A DNA stretch of 64,000 nucleotides from the human T2T-CHM13v2.0 reference genome, Homo sapiens, in assembly GCF_009914755.1 (NCBI RefSeq), contig NC_060935.1. One strand, given 5' to 3'. A program made the position numbers and the translations under genes. Numbering within the stretch: the stretch's first letter is position 1; each line of letters begins with the position of its first letter. Below the pieces are notes generated by a model. The model searched no databases. It was not told where the DNA came from and saw only the letters and a program-made list of their open reading frames with translations. Positions 61,219 to 64,000 of this stretch are shown here, piece after piece.

Positions 61219-61668
61219 TTTCATGTGTGTCCGTGTGAAGAGACCACCAAACAGGCTTTGTGTGAGCAATAAAGCTTTTAATCACCTGGGTGCAGGTGGG
61301 CTGAGTCTGAAAAGAGAGTCAGCAAAGGGAGATAGGGGTGGGGCCATTTATAGGATTTGGGTAGGTAAGGGAAAATTACAGTCAAAGGGGGGTTGTTCTC
61401 TGGCAGGCAGGAGTGGGGGTCGCAAGGTGCTCAGTGGGGGTGCTTTTTGAGCCAGGATGAGCCAGGAAAAGGACTTTCACAAGGTAATGTCATCACTTAA
61501 GGCAAGGACTGGCCATTTACACTTCTTTTGTGGTGGAATGTCATCAGTTAAGGTGGGGCAGGGCATATTCACTTCTTTTGTGATTCTTCAGTTACTTCAG
61601 GCCATCTGGGCGTATATGTGCAAGTCACAGGGGATGTGATGGCTTGGCTTGGGCTCAGAGGCCTGGCA
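61219..61668 (-). promoter_or_regulatory. 5' LTR (LTR7, LTR7up-like), candidate promoter/enhancer
   Basis: TATAAA at 61347-61352 (-); ACAAAAGA twice (61524-61531 and 61574-61581, -); GC/GT boxes ggggtgggg and ggtggggcaggg. Confidence 0.9.
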
Positions 61669-61779
61669 ATTATTAGCCTCATTTCACATGAGGACACCAG
61701 GGTTAGGGGGCGGGCTGGACCAAGATCTATGTGGAGAGCAGAGTTCAACCCAAAATGCATGCTTTTTATCACTATATTT

Positions 61780-62260
61780 AGAGATAGACACACCTGGTTT
61801 CAATCCTTGAGGTTGCCACTAGCTATGTGATTTTTGAATAATCATTCTGAATCTTAGTTTCCACATCTGTAAATGAAGATAAAAATACCTTTCCAATTAA
61901 AAATGATTTTAAACTAGGCAACTTAGGCAAATTATTCTTTTCCTTCATGTACCTGGGCTTTCCCGCCTCATCTAAGCACACTTGTTCTTTCTAATGCTCC
62001 CTGACTGTAACCAAAACCTCCAGAGCCCTTCATCCATCCTCTGATTGCCATGAATTGCCAACATCAGATAAATAGTTTAAAAAGTGGCAAGAAAGTAGGA
62101 TTTCAAGTCAGAAGACTTGGATTTGAATCTTGCTTCAGCTTTGTATTAATTGTTATCATTCTGAATCATAGTTTCCCCATCTGAAAAATAAGATGTGGAG
62201 TTGTTATTATTGGTGGTGGTCTGTTCTAAGCATTAAATGAAGAAATGCATGTCAAACCTT
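61780..62260 (+). mobile_element. Two MIR fragments (~61780-61890 and ~62100-62260)
   Basis: ctgaatcttagtttccacatctgtaaatgaagataa; agaagacttggatttgaatc...gtttccccatctgaaaaat. Confidence 0.7.
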
Positions 62261-62296
62261 CTGAAAACTCAGACACCAAACACTTGGAAAGGAGTC

Positions 62297-64000
62297 TGTT
62301 ACAGTCTCACCAATGCACCACAATGTAGCAGTCTCTCCTTGTGAGGTATCACCCAAGACCAAGAGAATTAAGGAGTATGGACCCAAAGGGTGAGGTCGGA
62401 GTGAAAGTTTAATAAGTGAATGAAGAAAGCTCTCTGTTGCAGAAAGGGGACCTGGAAGCCAGGGCCCATCCTAACTGCCTGCCTGACCGGTTTCTTTCTT
62501 TTTCCTCTCTCAATTCTTATTAAGGCAGAAAAATTCTAGAATGACTTTTTGTCCTATAGCCTTGTTCCCAGAATGCTTTGGAAATGTAACAGCCAATTTA
62601 TCAAGACAGGGGAATTGCAATAGAGAAAGAGTACTTAATGCAGAGCAAAGAGAAAAAAGATAAAGTTCTTTTAAATATATATAGCTTGGATATTCATGTT
62701 TAATTAAGCAAATTTTAACCATAGAGCTCTTTTGTTTAAAGAAAATCTCTTTTAAATCTCTTATTACCAGACTCTAGTCAGGACAGCCAATATTTCTGGC
62801 CTTTGAATTCTACCCCAGGTAACCGCCCACATGAAATTAGTAAGTTTTAATTAAGGTTATAACTTAACCATGGATACAAAAGGTGTTTTAAAGAGATGGT
62901 AAGCAGCTTTTTTTTTTTAAAAACAAGATTTAGAATATCCCCAAAGGTAGTACAGTGAAAGGAAAATTCAAGACAGGAAATCAGAAGCTATCTATGGGGT
63001 GAAAAAAAAAAAACCTCAATAAATGGCAAAGTTCCACAAATAACAAACCAGAAAGGAATCATTCTGTAAGCCAAGAATTGAACCTGGGCCACCATTGTCA
63101 AGAGATAAAAACCTTAGCTACTGAGCTACACAGCATTGAGCAGTTTCTACTGCTCTCCCCCGAAGAAGTCTACAGCAGCTGATCTGAAGCTTGCAAAGGC
63201 TTTTAAGTGCTCAAGATAATTCTTAGGGCTGTGATATGAACCCCCAAATTCCTGTCCTCTGGATGGTGGAGACCAGGATGAAGTACCTCTACATGGTCAC
63301 AAAGTTAAGCTCTTAAAGACACAAAACAAGACAGAAATTTCATCTGGTATTGGTTTCAGGGACCCACAACAAAGTTTATAACTGACCAGCCTGCCGGGTT
63401 GGCTTGAAAAGCAGGATTACAGGGGTCCTAAACTCATGTTCTATCCTGTGACACCCTTCTCTCCATTACGGAAGGACAAATTCTTAGTACAAAGTGCACC
63501 AGATTTGCCACAGCCTAAGACTAGTCTCACAAATCCTTTTTTACTATTCATCAAACCTTTGCAGAGACACACAGTGACATTTATTGCTTACCACTGCCCC
63601 CCTCCAACACACACACACACACACACTCACACAGACACACAATGCAGAGAGACAGAGAGAAAGAGAGAGAGAGGCCAGACACTTTTCTGGTAAGAATTCT
63701 TGCCCTTTGTGCCAGCATATCAGGTTTCTGGGTCCCCTTTCTCTGCAGCTTCTAGAAGAATGGAGCAGCATTTGATGGCCCTGTTCACCGTGCCATAGAC
63801 GTGAGGGGACCAAGCCCCATTACAAAAGAAAATGATCCTTTTCTGTTTTATGGAACCATAGGCAAAAGCTTCTCAATGTTGCAAGATGCTGCCTGATGGG
63901 CTACATGGGGAACCAAATTAACATTTTCCATTCCAGTGGAAGCAAAATACACATAACGCTACAGACATTGGTCACCTTGTTCAGCACCCAACATCGACCT
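62297..64000 (-). mobile_element. ERV1 MER4-group-like LTR piece plus internal sequence (MER61/MER51-like), running off the window end
   Basis: gtctcaccaatgcaccacaatgtagcagtctc...aaagtttaataag LTR-like start; then acatggtcacaaagttaagctcttaa, ggaaccataggcaaaag, ggggaaccaaattaacattttccatt. Confidence 0.6.
63607..63672. repeat. Compound (CA)n/(GA)n microsatellite
   Basis: Direct reading. Confidence 0.9.

Larger units (their letters stand above)
55812..61668 (-). mobile_element. HERV-H provirus (LTR7-HERVH-int-LTR7), 5857 bp, the common internally deleted non-coding form, inserted in a MIR
   Basis: Two 450-bp LTRs; TSD attat at 55807-55811 and 61669-61673; His PBS; PPT; gag, pro and pol remnants; MIR-like sequence on both flanks. 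Confidence 0.98.

Overview
This is primate genomic DNA, most likely human, judged by its Alu, L1PA, THE1 and HERV-H content. It is AT-rich and repeat-dense. I found no supportable exon of a host protein-coding gene, so it reads as intergenic or deep intronic sequence. Two large features are unambiguous. (1) A full-length processed RPS25 retrocopy at 8342-8837 (+) has a 13-bp TSD, a 5' TOP tract and a poly(A) tail, and its ORF is still uninterrupted. (2) A 5.86-kb HERV-H provirus at 55812-61668 (-) has two 450-bp LTR7 LTRs differing at 9 sites, a 5-bp TSD, an intact tRNA-His PBS, an intact major splice donor, and the duplicated ACAAAAGA motif of the pluripotency-active LTR7up type. The remainder is about 16 Alu/FLAM copies, L1, L2, MIR, MaLR/ERVL LTRs, DNA-transposon relics and microsatellites. 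Most ORFs in the track are Alu, L1 or ERV artefacts. I find no evidence of a new multi-gene biological system. The best leads are the LTR7up-like promoter/splice unit, the intact RPS25 retro-ORF with an in-frame ATG supplied by its own TSD, several templated-insertion scars (a double hairpin at 48625-48693 and dispersed copies of the 8017-8193 region), and a tRNA-like relic inside ERV1-like sequence. Repeat subfamily names come from recalled consensus sequences, and boundaries without a TSD are approximate.
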